From: an uncultured Thermoleophilia bacterium
Lineage (GTDB): Bacteria > Actinomycetota > Thermoleophilia > UBA2241
DNA length: 64,000 nucleotides
Assembly: GCA_963702475.1 (NCBI GenBank)
Contig: CAVPCT010000005.1
Coordinates: 128,001-192,000 of the forward strand
Reading direction: 5' to 3'
This document shows, piece by piece, positions 56,188 to 64,000 of this stretch. Within the stretch, counting starts at the first letter, position 1. Every line of letters begins with the position of its first letter. The translations under genes and the position numbers were made by a program. The notes below the pieces were generated by a model, which saw only the letters and a program-made list of their open reading frames with translations, had not been told where the DNA came from and made no database searches.

Positions 56188-57558
56188 GTGACGCCGGTCG
56201 TGTACGGCCTTGACGAGCAGGAGTGGCGCGCCCTCGAGCGCGAGGTCGTCGACCTCTTCACCGACCTGCTCCGCGTCGACACAACCAACCCGCCCGGCAA
56301 CGAGACCGCGTGCGCCGAGGTACTGCGCGCCTACCTCGAGGCGAACGGCCTGCCCTGCCGTATGGAGGGAGAGCTGCCGCACCGGCAGAACCTGGTCACG
56401 CGCCTGGACGGCGCCCGTCCCGGACCCACCCTCACCTTTCTCGGACACATGGACGTCGTACCGGCGGATGCCGGCGAGTGGAGCGTGCCGCCGTTCGCGG
56501 GCGTCGTCCGGGACGGCTACGTGTGGGGCTGCGGCGCGACCGACATGAAGAACCAGCTGGCCGCGGAGACGGTGGCCGTGGCGCGCCTGGCGCGCTCGGG
56601 CGCGGCCTTCGCCGGTACCGTCAAGCTGGCCGCCACGGCCGATGAGGAGGACGGCACGTTCTGCGGCGTACGCTGGCTCTGCCGCACCCACCCCGACCTG
56701 CTGCGCGCCGACTACTTCATCAACGAGGGCATGGGCGGCCTGTGGATACCTGTGGACGGCCGCCCTGTCTTTCTGCTGGCCTGCGGCGAGAAGGCGTTCG
56801 CCCAGTTCCGCATCCGCACGCGCGGGCGCGGCGGGCACGCGTCGGTGCCGCAGAAGGAACGGAGCGCCGTGATCGACCTGGCGCGCGCCGTCACGGCGCT
56901 CGGCCTGGCCGACCCGCCCGTCGTCGTCTCATCCGTGACGGCGGGCTTCATCGACGCCATCGTCGCCGACGCCGCCCTGGGGGCGCGCCTCAAGGACCCC
57001 GCCACCGCGCGCGCCGCGGGGGTGGAGCTGCGCCGGCGCGACCCGGAGGTCGCCGGACTCGTGGAACCGCTCCTGGGCGCCACGTTCACGCCGACGGTGC
57101 TCACGGCGGGCTCCGTGGTGAACGTCATCCCCACCCACGCCGAAGCCTGCATCGACTGCCGCATCCTGCCGGAGATGACTCCGGAGGGCACGCGAGACAT
57201 CGTCGCCTCCATACTCGACCCGCTCGGCATCGATTGGGAGCTCGAGTGGATCGACGTGACCGTGCCGAACTCCTCCGCGGCCCCCACCCCGCTCAGCGAC
57301 AGCATCGCCCGGGTGCTGCGCCGGGACGTCCCCGACGCCGTCCTGGCGCCCATGACGTCCGGCAGCTTCACCGACTCGCGCTACGTGCGCGAGTACTTCC
57401 CGGAGGCCGTGGCCTACGGCTTCGGGCCCTTCGTGGCCGAGAGCTTCCACGCCATGAACGGCGGGCGTGACCACGAGCCGGACGAGCGCATCCTCGTGGA
57501 CGACGTCACCTATCAGGCCCTGTTCTTCGAACGCCTGGTCCAGGACCTGCTCAGCTGA
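56188..57558 (+). CDS. M20/M25/M40 family metallo-hydrolase (ArgE/DapE-like)
   Basis: GHMDVVP, GATDMK, DEE, GGHAS, HEPDERI. Confidence 0.9.
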   Translation: MTPVVYGLDEQEWRALEREVVDLFTDLLRVDTTNPPGNETACAEVLRAYLEANGLPCRMEGELPHRQNLVTRLDGARPGPTLTFLGHMDVVPADAGEWSVPPFAGVVRDGYVWGCGATDMKNQLAAETVAVARLARSGAAFAGTVKLAATADEEDGTFCGVRWLCRTHPDLLRADYFINEGMGGLWIPVDGRPVFLLACGEKAFAQFRIRTRGRGGHASVPQKERSAVIDLARAVTALGLADPPVVVSSVTAGFIDAIVADAALGARLKDPATARAAGVELRRRDPEVAGLVEPLLGATFTPTVLTAGSVVNVIPTHAEACIDCRILPEMTPEGTRDIVASILDPLGIDWELEWIDVTVPNSSAAPTPLSDSIARVLRRDVPDAVLAPMTSGSFTDSRYVREYFPEAVAYGFGPFVAESFHAMNGGRDHEPDERILVDDVTYQALFFERLVQDLLS

Positions 57559-58517
57559 TGGCGGACGCGCGCACCCAGGCCGGTCCGGGACCGGTCGAGC
57601 TCACCCCGCGCGCTCGTTTCAGAGGGACGCTGCTCGGCCTCGCCGCCGGCGAGGCCTTGGGCGCCCCTGCCGAGTTCCTCACGCCCGAACAGGTCCTCGA
57701 GCGCTTCGGCGTGCTCACGGAGATGGTCGGCGGCGGCGTGTACGAGGTCGCGCCGGGCGAGACCGTGGACGCCACCGAGATGACGTTGTGCCTGGCCGAG
57801 AGCCTCGCCGACATGGGCGGGTTCGACCCGGCGGACGTCATCGAACGGTACCGGGCGTGGTTCGAGAGCCACCCGCGGCACGTGAGCCTCACGGTGCGTG
57901 CCGCTCTCATCAGCTACTGCGCCGGCACCCACCTCGACCTCGCTTCACGGCGGGCCTTCGAGATACTCGGCGGGCCCCGCGCCGGCAACGGCAGCCTCAT
58001 CCGCTGCGCGCCGCTAGGGCTGCGTTACTCCGGCGACGCCCAGGCCCGCCACGAGGCCTCCCGCCGCGACTCCGCCCTCACGCACTTCGACCGCCTCGCC
58101 GGCTGGTCGTGCTCGGCCTTCAACGACCTGCTGGCGGCGGCCCTGCACGGCGATCTCGCGCAGGAGGTGCCGTCGATCGCCGCCACGTACAACGACGAGG
58201 ACCTGCGCGTGAGCATGATGCTCCGCGACGCGCTCGTGATGGAGCCCGAGGAGGTCCGCAGCTCGTCGTTCGTGCTCGATACCCTGCAGACGGCCCTCTG
58301 GACGGTGCTCCGCTCCGCCGACTTCGAGCACGCCGTCACCGTCGCTGTGAACATGGGCCACGACTCCGGCGCCGTCGGCGCCGTCACCGGCGCCCTGGCC
58401 GGCGCCGTGTACGGCGAGCGCGGCATCCCCGGACGCTGGCTCGACGCGCTGCACGAACGGGAGCGCATCGCCGCGATCGCCGACCGCCTGACGGACCAGA
58501 CGACCGCCCCTTCGTGA
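57558..58517 (+). CDS. ADP-ribosylglycohydrolase (DraG/ARH) family protein with degenerate metal sites
   Basis: GLAAGEALG, GNGSLIRCAP, ALTH, GALAGAVYG..IP..W. Confidence 0.82.
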   Translation: MADARTQAGPGPVELTPRARFRGTLLGLAAGEALGAPAEFLTPEQVLERFGVLTEMVGGGVYEVAPGETVDATEMTLCLAESLADMGGFDPADVIERYRAWFESHPRHVSLTVRAALISYCAGTHLDLASRRAFEILGGPRAGNGSLIRCAPLGLRYSGDAQARHEASRRDSALTHFDRLAGWSCSAFNDLLAAALHGDLAQEVPSIAATYNDEDLRVSMMLRDALVMEPEEVRSSSFVLDTLQTALWTVLRSADFEHAVTVAVNMGHDSGAVGAVTGALAGAVYGERGIPGRWLDALHERERIAAIADRLTDQTTAPS

Positions 58518-58628
58518 ACCGGACGCGCGCGCTTCCGGCCGGGTCGCGTCCCGGCTCTGCTGCCACGGGCCGCCCGCCCGCGACGCCGGCCCCGGGCCGC
58601 GGGCGTGCACAACGGACCGCCGTACGGG

Positions 58629-58657
58629 TTGCGTTCAGTGTGTTCAGTATGTAGTTT
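58629..58657 (+). promoter_or_regulatory. Promoter with a GTTCAGT direct repeat (possible operator)
   Basis: TTGCGT-17 nt-TAGTTT; GTTCAGT occurs twice across the -35/spacer. Confidence 0.5.
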
Positions 58658-58688
58658 ACGTAGCTTCCGGACCACGGACCGAGGGCAC

Positions 58689-59183
58689 ATGGACGAGGGG
58701 ATGACAAAGGCGCAGCGCGAGCTCATCGAAGAGTTCGGGCTGCTGCACGAGCAGATGGGCAGCACGCGCATGTGCGGGCGGGTCGGCGGCTGGCTCCTGC
58801 TCTGCGAGCCGCCGGTGCAGTCCCTCACGGAGATCGCCGAAGGCCTCGGCGTGAGCAAGGCCGCCGTGAGCGGCGCGGCGCGACTGCTCTTGCAGAACCA
58901 CGTCGTGGAGCTCGTGAGCGAGCCCGGGCAGCGCGGCGACTTCTATCGCGCGCTGCCCGTCGACGCCAGTGGCGTCATGCCGCTGGACCACGTGCACCGC
59001 CTGAACCAGCTGCTGCGCCGCGGCCTCGCGAGCGTCGAAGGCCGCGACCAGGGGCAGTCCAACTACGCTTTGATGCACGAGCTTCTCGAGCTCACGACGT
59101 TCCTCGAGGCCGAGCTGCCGGCGATGCTCGCGCGCTGGCGAGAGCACCGCACACCACCCACCGATCGTGGAGGCACCACTTGA
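58689..59183 (+). CDS. GbsR/MarR-family transcriptional regulator
   Basis: EEFGLLHEQMG..RMCGRVGGWLL, SLTEIAEGLGVSKAAVS, PGQRGDFY. Confidence 0.85.
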   Translation: MDEGMTKAQRELIEEFGLLHEQMGSTRMCGRVGGWLLLCEPPVQSLTEIAEGLGVSKAAVSGAARLLLQNHVVELVSEPGQRGDFYRALPVDASGVMPLDHVHRLNQLLRRGLASVEGRDQGQSNYALMHELLELTTFLEAELPAMLARWREHRTPPTDRGGTT

Positions 59184-62100
59184 GCTGGCTGACGAAGATC
59201 TCGCTGCGCAACCGTTCGATCGTCGGTCTCGCGGTGCTGGCGGTGATCCTGGCCGGCGCCTACGCCGTCACGTCGCTCAAACAGGAGCTCATGCCCGACC
59301 TCACCTTCCCGTATCTCACCGTCTTCACGGTCGACTACGGCTCGTCGCCGAAGGACGTGGAGCGGAACATCACGACGCCGCTCGAGCAGGCCATCAAGAC
59401 CTCGAGCGGCGTGAAGCAGTACGACTCGTTCTCCAACGACGGCATCAGCATCATCACCGTCGAGTACGAGTTCGGCACCGACATCAAGGCCAAGGAGACC
59501 GAGGTACAGCAGGCGGTGTCCGGCGTGCAGCAGATGCTGCCCGCCACCGCCCAGGCGCCACAGGTCGCGGCCTTGAACTTCAACAGCATGCCGGTCGTGC
59601 AGCTGGCGGTGTCGTCGTCGCTGCCGGCGGAGGAGCTCGCCGATCTGCTCGGCACGCGTGTGGTGCCGCGGCTGCAGGGCATCGACGGTGTGCAGGCCGT
59701 CACGCTCTCCGGGGTGCAGCAGATGCAGCTGTACATCCAGCTCAAGCCCGAAGAGGTCCAGGCGCTGGGCGTCTCGCCGGCGCAGATCATGACGGCGGTC
59801 ACGCAGGCCAACGTGACCGCCGGCGCCGGCAGCGTCACCTCCGGCAGCATCGTCTACCCCATCACCGTGAGCGCGAAGGCGGAGACGGAGAAGGCGCTCG
59901 AGGACCTCGTGCTGCCGTCCGCCCAGACGGCGGCGGCGGCGATGTCGGCCATGACCGCCGGCGCCTCCGCGGGCGCCGCGGCCGCCGGTCCGGCCGCGGC
60001 GGCGGCCCCGGCCGCGGCGGCCGAGCCCGTCCGTCTCGGCGACGTGGCCACCGTGAAGATCGCGCCGGCGCCGCTCACGGCCATCACACGCACGAACGGA
60101 GAGGCGTCCATCGGCATCTCCGTGAGCAAGTCGAGCACCGGCAACACCGTGGACATCGCCAACGCCGTGGCCGCCGAGCTGCCCGCGATCTCCCGCGATC
60201 TCGGCGGCGAGGCCACGATCACCACCGTGGTGGACCAGTCGGTCTTCATCAAGGACAGCATCCGCTCGCTGCTGCAAGAAGGCCTCATCGGTGCGCTGTT
60301 CGCGATCATCGTCATCTGGGCCTTCCTCCGGAGCTGGCGGTCCACGATCATCGCGGGGCTCTCCATCCCGCTCAGCGTCATCGGCGCGCTCGTCATCCTC
60401 TGGTCTGGCGGCAACTCCCTGAACATGCTCACGCTGGGCGGCCTCACGATCGCCATCGGACGTGTGATCGACGACTCCATCGTGGTCATCGAGAACATCT
60501 ACCGCCACCTGCAGGAGGGCGACAGCATCCGCACAGCGGCCTACACCGGCACCCGCGAGGTGGCCGGGGCGATCACGGCGAGCACGCTCACCACGGTCGC
60601 CGTGTTCCTGCCTCTGGGCTTCGTCCAAGGGCTCGCATCCGAGTTCTTCCGCCCGTTCGCCCTCACGGTGACGTTCGCGCTGCTGTGCAGCCTCGCCGTA
60701 GCGCTGATGGTCGTGCCCGTCGTCGCCACATGGCTGCTCTCCAAGCGCCAGGTCGGCCACCGCGACGAGAAAGAGCTCACGCACCTGCAGAACGCCTACC
60801 TGCCGGCCTTGAGGTGGTCCCTGGACCACAAGGTCATCACGCTCGTCGCGGCGGCGGCCGTGTTCGTGGGCACCATGATGTTCACGCCCCTGCTCAAGAC
60901 CAACCTGTTCGACAACTCCGGCCAGAACACCATGGCCATCACCCAGACCATGCCCGCCGGCACCAGCCTGGACGCCACGATGGCCGCGGCGAAGAAGGTC
61001 GAGGCCGTCCTGGCGGACACCGGGGGCATCGAGGTCTACCAGGTCACCGGCGGGAGTACGGGCAGCCTGTTCGGCGCCGGCGGAGGCACCAGCGCCTCCT
61101 CGAGCCAGGCGACGTTCGCCATCACCACCGATCCGGACGTGGACAAGGAGGCGCTGATCGAGGACGTGCGCGCCCAGGTCGCGACGCTGAGCAACGCCGG
61201 CACCGTCACGGTCTCCGGCGACGACGCGTCGATGGGCGCCATGTCGCTCATGGAGGTACGGGTGTCCGCCGCCGACCCGGCCGTCCTGAAGGAGGCCAAC
61301 GACATCGTCCTGGCCAGGATGAAGACGGTCGAGGGGCTGGCCGACGTGACCTCCAACCTCAGCGAGGGCCGGCCAGCGGCGACGGTCGTGGTCGACCAGG
61401 CCAAGGCCGCCGCGGCCGGCGTCACTCCGGCGGCGCTCAGCCAGTACGGCACGCTCGTCTTCAACGGCTACCCGCTGGGCATGGTGCCGACCGCCATCGG
61501 GACACTCCCGGCGCAGCTCACCGTGGGCGAGATCACCGTGCCGCCGCTGCCCGGCGCCGTGACCCAGCTGCTCGAGCGCCTGCCGGTGGTGGGCACCTCC
61601 GGCATGGTGCCTCTCGGGGAGATCGCCAAGGTAGTGGAGGTCAAGGCACCGGTCCAGGTGACGCACGTGGACGGCGCTCGCACGGCCAGCGTCACGGCGA
61701 CGCCCATCAGCAACAACATCGGCGCCGCCACCTCGGACGTGCAGAAGGCGCTCGACGGCGTGGAGCTGCCGGAGGGTGCCACGTGGGAGCTGGCCGGCGC
61801 GACGGAGATGACCGGCGAGGTCTTCCGCACGCTCGGCATCGCCATGGTCATCGCCGTGCTGCTCGTGTACATCATCATGGTCGCCACGTTCCGCAGCCTG
61901 CTGAACCCGCTCATCCTCCTCGTCAGCATCCCGTTCGCAGCCGTCGGTGCGGTGCTCGCTCTGGTGATCACCGGCACCAGCCTCGGCATGCCGAGCATGG
62001 TCGGCCTGCTCATGCTCATCGGCATCGTGGTCACCAACGCCATCGTGCTGCTCGACCTCGTGGAGCAGTTCCGCCGCCGCGGCATGGACGCGCGCACGGC

Positions 62101-62377
62101 GGTCATCGAGGGCGGACGGCGGCGCCTGCGGCCGATCCTCATGACGGCCGTGGCGACGATCCTCGCGCTCGTGCCGATGGCCCTGGGGATCGGCGGCGAG
62201 GGCGGCTTCCTCTCGACGCCGCTGGCGGTGGTCGTGATCGGCGGCCTGTTCACCTCGACGTTCCTGACGCTGATCCTGGTCCCGGTGCTCTATCTCGCCC
62301 TGGACCGCCTGCGACCGGCGGGCGCTTACGCGCCGGACGAGGAGGACGTGGCTCCAGCAGCCGCGGCGACCGGCTGA
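59180..62377 (+). CDS. RND efflux permease (AcrB/SwrC-like)
   Basis: TTG start overlapping the regulator stop; GRVIDDSIVVIENI, VTNAIVLLD, RLRPILMT. Confidence 0.93.
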   Translation: MSWLTKISLRNRSIVGLAVLAVILAGAYAVTSLKQELMPDLTFPYLTVFTVDYGSSPKDVERNITTPLEQAIKTSSGVKQYDSFSNDGISIITVEYEFGTDIKAKETEVQQAVSGVQQMLPATAQAPQVAALNFNSMPVVQLAVSSSLPAEELADLLGTRVVPRLQGIDGVQAVTLSGVQQMQLYIQLKPEEVQALGVSPAQIMTAVTQANVTAGAGSVTSGSIVYPITVSAKAETEKALEDLVLPSAQTAAAAMSAMTAGASAGAAAAGPAAAAAPAAAAEPVRLGDVATVKIAPAPLTAITRTNGEASIGISVSKSSTGNTVDIANAVAAELPAISRDLGGEATITTVVDQSVFIKDSIRSLLQEGLIGALFAIIVIWAFLRSWRSTIIAGLSIPLSVIGALVILWSGGNSLNMLTLGGLTIAIGRVIDDSIVVIENIYRHLQEGDSIRTAAYTGTREVAGAITASTLTTVAVFLPLGFVQGLASEFFRPFALTVTFALLCSLAVALMVVPVVATWLLSKRQVGHRDEKELTHLQNAYLPALRWSLDHKVITLVAAAAVFVGTMMFTPLLKTNLFDNSGQNTMAITQTMPAGTSLDATMAAAKKVEAVLADTGGIEVYQVTGGSTGSLFGAGGGTSASSSQATFAITTDPDVDKEALIEDVRAQVATLSNAGTVTVSGDDASMGAMSLMEVRVSAADPAVLKEANDIVLARMKTVEGLADVTSNLSEGRPAATVVVDQAKAAAAGVTPAALSQYGTLVFNGYPLGMVPTAIGTLPAQLTVGEITVPPLPGAVTQLLERLPVVGTSGMVPLGEIAKVVEVKAPVQVTHVDGARTASVTATPISNNIGAATSDVQKALDGVELPEGATWELAGATEMTGEVFRTLGIAMVIAVLLVYIIMVATFRSLLNPLILLVSIPFAAVGAVLALVITGTSLGMPSMVGLLMLIGIVVTNAIVLLDLVEQFRRRGMDARTAVIEGGRRRLRPILMTAVATILALVPMALGIGGEGGFLSTPLAVVVIGGLFTSTFLTLILVPVLYLALDRLRPAGAYAPDEEDVAPAAAATG

Positions 62378-62503
62378 TATCCGCTGTCGACCGGCCGGCG
62401 CGCCACCGGCGACAACGGGTGCAGCGCCCGCCGCGTTGACGATAGGCTGTGCCTGCAGGCCGGCTGCCACGCCGGCCCACGGTCACCACCGAAAGGAGTC
62501 GTC

Positions 62504-63004
62504 GTGGCGAAGCCAGCCGCCAAGAAGACCGCAGCCAAGAAGCCCGCCGCGAAGGCGGCGGCGCCCGTGCCGCACGGCGTGCGCCCCCTCACCAGGGAAG
62601 AGCTCATCGACGCGCTCAACCGTGACCTGGCCAAGGAGTACTCGGCCCTCATCCAGTACGTGCAGCACGCCGCCGTCATCACGGGGCCGCAGTACGACGC
62701 CATCGCCGCCGAGCTCCTGGTGCACGCCACCGAGGAGCACGCGCACGCCGTCTCGCTCTCCAGCCAGATCGACTGGCTGGGCGGCGTGCCGGCCGTGGAC
62801 GTGGGCGACATCTACGTCTCGCCGGACTCGAAGACGATGCTCGAGTACGACCTCGACGGCGAGCTCGATGCCATCGCCCGCTACAAGGAGCGCGTGGGCC
62901 AGGCCGAGCAGCTGCAGGAGTACGGCCTGCGGCGTGCCCTCGAGGACATCCTGGTCGTGGAAGAGGAGCACGCCCGCGACCTGCAGAACGCGCTCGACAT
63001 GTGA
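62504..63004 (+). CDS. Ferritin-like (bacterioferritin-related) protein with Lys/Ala/Pro-rich N-terminal tail
   Basis: EYSALIQY, EEHAH, E..AIARY, EEEH di-iron ligands. Confidence 0.85.
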   Translation: MAKPAAKKTAAKKPAAKAAAPVPHGVRPLTREELIDALNRDLAKEYSALIQYVQHAAVITGPQYDAIAAELLVHATEEHAHAVSLSSQIDWLGGVPAVDVGDIYVSPDSKTMLEYDLDGELDAIARYKERVGQAEQLQEYGLRRALEDILVVEEEHARDLQNALDM

Positions 63005-63008
63005 GGCG

Positions 63009-63077
63009 GCCGGCCCCGCCGCAGGCGGGGGCCGGCGATGCACGGGGGGCGGCGCCGCAGGCGCACCGCCCCCCGTG
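63009..63077. terminator. Two GC hairpins between convergent genes
   Basis: Stems at 63009-63036 and 63041-63077. Confidence 0.55.
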
Positions 63078-63125
63078 GCACGTCACGGGTCGGGCGCCGT
63101 CAGCGCAGCGGCCGCGGCGTCCGGC

Positions 63126-64000
63126 TCAGCCCGCCGCCGCGCCGAGCTCAGCCACGCGTGTCTCTCTGCGCCGGCGCCAGCCGCGCGCGAGCAGCAGGAA
63201 CAGGACGGCGCCGGCCATCCCGACCACGAGCAGGACCGCGAACGCCTCACGCCCGCCGAAGGCGTCCATCGCCCAGCCGCCGAACGCCGGCCCGAGCGCA
63301 GCGCCGCCGTTCCAGAAGATGGTCCACACACCCATGTAGCGGCCGCGGATGGCCTCCGGCGCCAGGTCGGACACCTCCGCCGATGACACCGGCGCCAACA
63401 GCGTCTCCCCCACGCTCATCACGACGATGAGCACCACCAGCGACGCCAGGCCGAAGGCGAACGCCGAGCCCCCTATGCCCACCGCGATGAGAGCTGAGGA
63501 CACGGCGAGGAGCACCATGCGGTTGCGGAACCGCGTCGCCCGCACCAGGGGGTACTGGACGACGGCGACGACGAGAGCGTTGAGGGCGAGCAGCGCACCC
63601 CACTCCCCGTACGGCACGCCGAGGTAGCTCGTGATGTACACGGAATAGATCGAGCCGAAGTTCCCGAAGCACAGCAGCGGGAGGACGGCGACCAGGGCGA
63701 AGATGAGGAACCAGCGGTCGTGCAGGACGAGACTGTACCCGCTGCGGCCCTTGGTATCGGTGTACAGGTGCGGCTTGAGGGCGCTCGCAGGCCTGCTCTC
63801 GCGGATCAACACGAGCATCAGCACCACCATGAGCGCGCACCCCGCCGCCGCGGAGAGAAAGAGCTGGCGGAAGGTCACGCCCCAGCCGAGGGCGAGCCCC
63901 GCCGCGGCCGGACCGATGACGACCCCCACGTTCATGGCCACGCGGTTCACGCTGAACGCCTCGGAGCGCTGCTCCGGCGGAAGCAGGTCGGCGATCATGG
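63126..64000 (-). CDS. MFS transporter (MdtH-like), 5' part outside window
   Basis: IADLLPPEQR, N.G..IGP, GETLLAP, APEAIRGRYMG, multiple TM helices. Confidence 0.88.
   Translation of the reverse strand, partial: MIADLLPPEQRSEAFSVNRVAMNVGVVIGPAAAGLALGWGVTFRQLFLSAAAGCALMVVLMLVLIRESRPASALKPHLYTDTKGRSGYSLVLHDRWFLIFALVAVLPLLCFGNFGSIYSVYITSYLGVPYGEWGALLALNALVVAVVQYPLVRATRFRNRMVLLAVSSALIAVGIGGSAFAFGLASLVVLIVVMSVGETLLAPVSSAEVSDLAPEAIRGRYMGVWTIFWNGGAALGPAFGGWAMDAFGGREAFAVLLVVGMAGAVLFLLLARGWRRRRETRVAELGAAAG

Overview
High-GC (~70%) bacterial chromosome segment, mostly core genes on the minus strand. Inferred to come from a deep-branching actinobacterium such as Thermoleophilia: it has whiA and an actinobacterial-type S1, but a Firmicutes-like gene order. 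Reading leftwards on the minus strand: tRNA-Leu(GAG), polA-rpsA-coaE-slt-uvrB-uvrA, lsrF-ADH, uvrC (split by a frameshift)-ogt-rapZ-yvcK-whiA, gap-pgk::tpiA-gpmI-secG, oppABCDF, prsA-like, recJ-rel-MBL-hisS-aspS-6S RNA, iscR-iscS-iscU-mnmA (partial). The right end holds plus-strand accessory genes (DUF72, M20 hydrolase, degenerate ADP-ribosylglycohydrolase, GbsR/MarR plus RND pump, ferritin-like) and a partial minus-strand MFS gene. No CRISPR, prophage or IS was seen. Two best leads: (1) a divergent gene pair inserted between whiA and gap, made of a 1412-aa PPDK-type dikinase that lacks the pyruvate-binding barrel but carries a ~900-aa unknown N-terminal region, plus a divergent second GAPDH; (2) mnmA has no canonical start codon but is reached from iscU by a -1 shift at a C_CCA_AAA slippery heptamer. 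All family calls come from motif recognition by eye; no database searches were run.
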